A DNA stretch of 27,759 nucleotides. It comes from Clostridia bacterium (GTDB taxonomy: Bacteria > Bacillota > Clostridia > UMGS1883). Positions 27,198 through 27,759 of the stretch are shown piece after piece; the first letter of the stretch is position 1; every line of letters starts with the position of its first letter. A program made the translations under genes and the position numbers. Location: positions 1 to 27,759 of the forward strand of contig JBJDXJ010000056.1 of NCBI GenBank assembly GCA_051866635.1. The letters are read 5' to 3'. Below the pieces are notes generated by a model. The model was not told the DNA's origin. It did no database searches and was given only the letters and a program-made list of their open reading frames with translations.

Positions 27198-27759
27198 GAT
27201 AGATCCTTATTTCCGTTAAATTTATTCATAGCATCACTTACGCTGCCCTTGATAATCGTATTGATTATATCGGGGAGTTTTCTTATTGCATCAGATACTT
27301 TTACTCCGTCTTCCTCGCTGAATTTGCCTAAAACATGGTTTACCATGTCATGTTCTGCTTTCCCAACACCGAATCTTACACGGGGGAACTCATCGCTTTG
27401 GAGTTGATATATGATGGACTTAATGCCGTTATGACCTCCTGCACTGCCCTTTGGTCTTATTCTTATACGACCCGGTTCAATATCAACATCGTCATATACG
27501 ACTATAATACTATTCACATCAATTTTAAAATATTCGGCAGCTTCTCTTACGCTTTCTCCGCTTAAGTTCATATACGTCTGGGGCTTTAGTAAAATGCACT
27601 TTTCGCCACCGATAAAACCGTCACCGTATATTCCTTTGAACTTAATCTTTGATATTGAAATATTTTGGTTATACGCCAGATAGTCAATGGCTGTAAAACC
27701 AACATTGTGTCTTGTTTTTTCATATTCCTTACCTGGATTTCCCAAGCCGACAATTAAAT
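27194..27759 (-). CDS. pth: Peptidyl-tRNA hydrolase (start codon just outside the window)
   Basis: The frame is open to the window edge: LIVGLGNPGKEYEKTRHNVGF, KPQTYMNLSG, VVYDD and GSAGGHNG. ATGA overlap with mfd. Confidence 0.96.
   Translation of the reverse strand, partial: LIVGLGNPGKEYEKTRHNVGFTAIDYLAYNQNISISKIKFKGIYGDGFIGGEKCILLKPQTYMNLSGESVREAAEYFKIDVNSIIVVYDDVDIEPGRIRIRPKGSAGGHNGIKSIIYQLQSDEFPRVRFGVGKAEHDMVNHVLGKFSEEDGVKVSDAIRKLPDIINTIIKGSVSDAMNKFNGNKDLS

Noticed and set aside
246-27565. Numerous short + strand ORFs and nested - strand ORFs in the ORF track
   Set aside because: All lie antisense to or inside well-supported genes and show no recognisable motifs; treated as shadow ORFs.
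1-27759. CRISPR arrays, tRNA/rRNA genes, transposases, integrases or an invertible promoter
   Set aside because: None seen. The window is almost fully coding, with no repeat-spacer pattern, no recombinase, and no inverted repeats flanking the promoter.

Overview
Low-GC Firmicute (Clostridia-like) chromosomal window with every supported gene on the minus strand. The right end holds the housekeeping block pth (5'-truncated), mfd and a prsA-like lipoprotein PPIase, closed by a strong intrinsic terminator. A near-consensus sigma-A promoter (TTGACA-17-TAAAAT, extended -10) then starts a tightly packed Wzx/Wzy-type surface-polysaccharide operon of over 22 kb that runs off the left edge. Its order is rmlA, rmlB, rmlD, rmlC, a WchF/RgpA-like rhamnosyltransferase, ugd, an LbH acetyltransferase, GT32, GT4, wzy, acyltransferase-3, GT2, two tandem sulfotransferase-fold paralogues, wzx, a second acyltransferase-3, VanZ, GT4, rfbG, rfbH and a YerE-like ThDP enzyme that the ORF track missed. 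The most notable signals are: (1) a duplicated, motif-divergent sulfotransferase-like pair with an internally homogenised segment, hinting at a sulfated or otherwise anion-modified Gram-positive glycan; (2) a yersiniose-type branched-chain CDP-sugar module; (3) a G9 tract in the acetyltransferase, a candidate phase-variation switch; (4) a 108-bp palindromic MITE-like or structured element between rmlB and rmlD. All functional calls come from motif recognition, without database searches.
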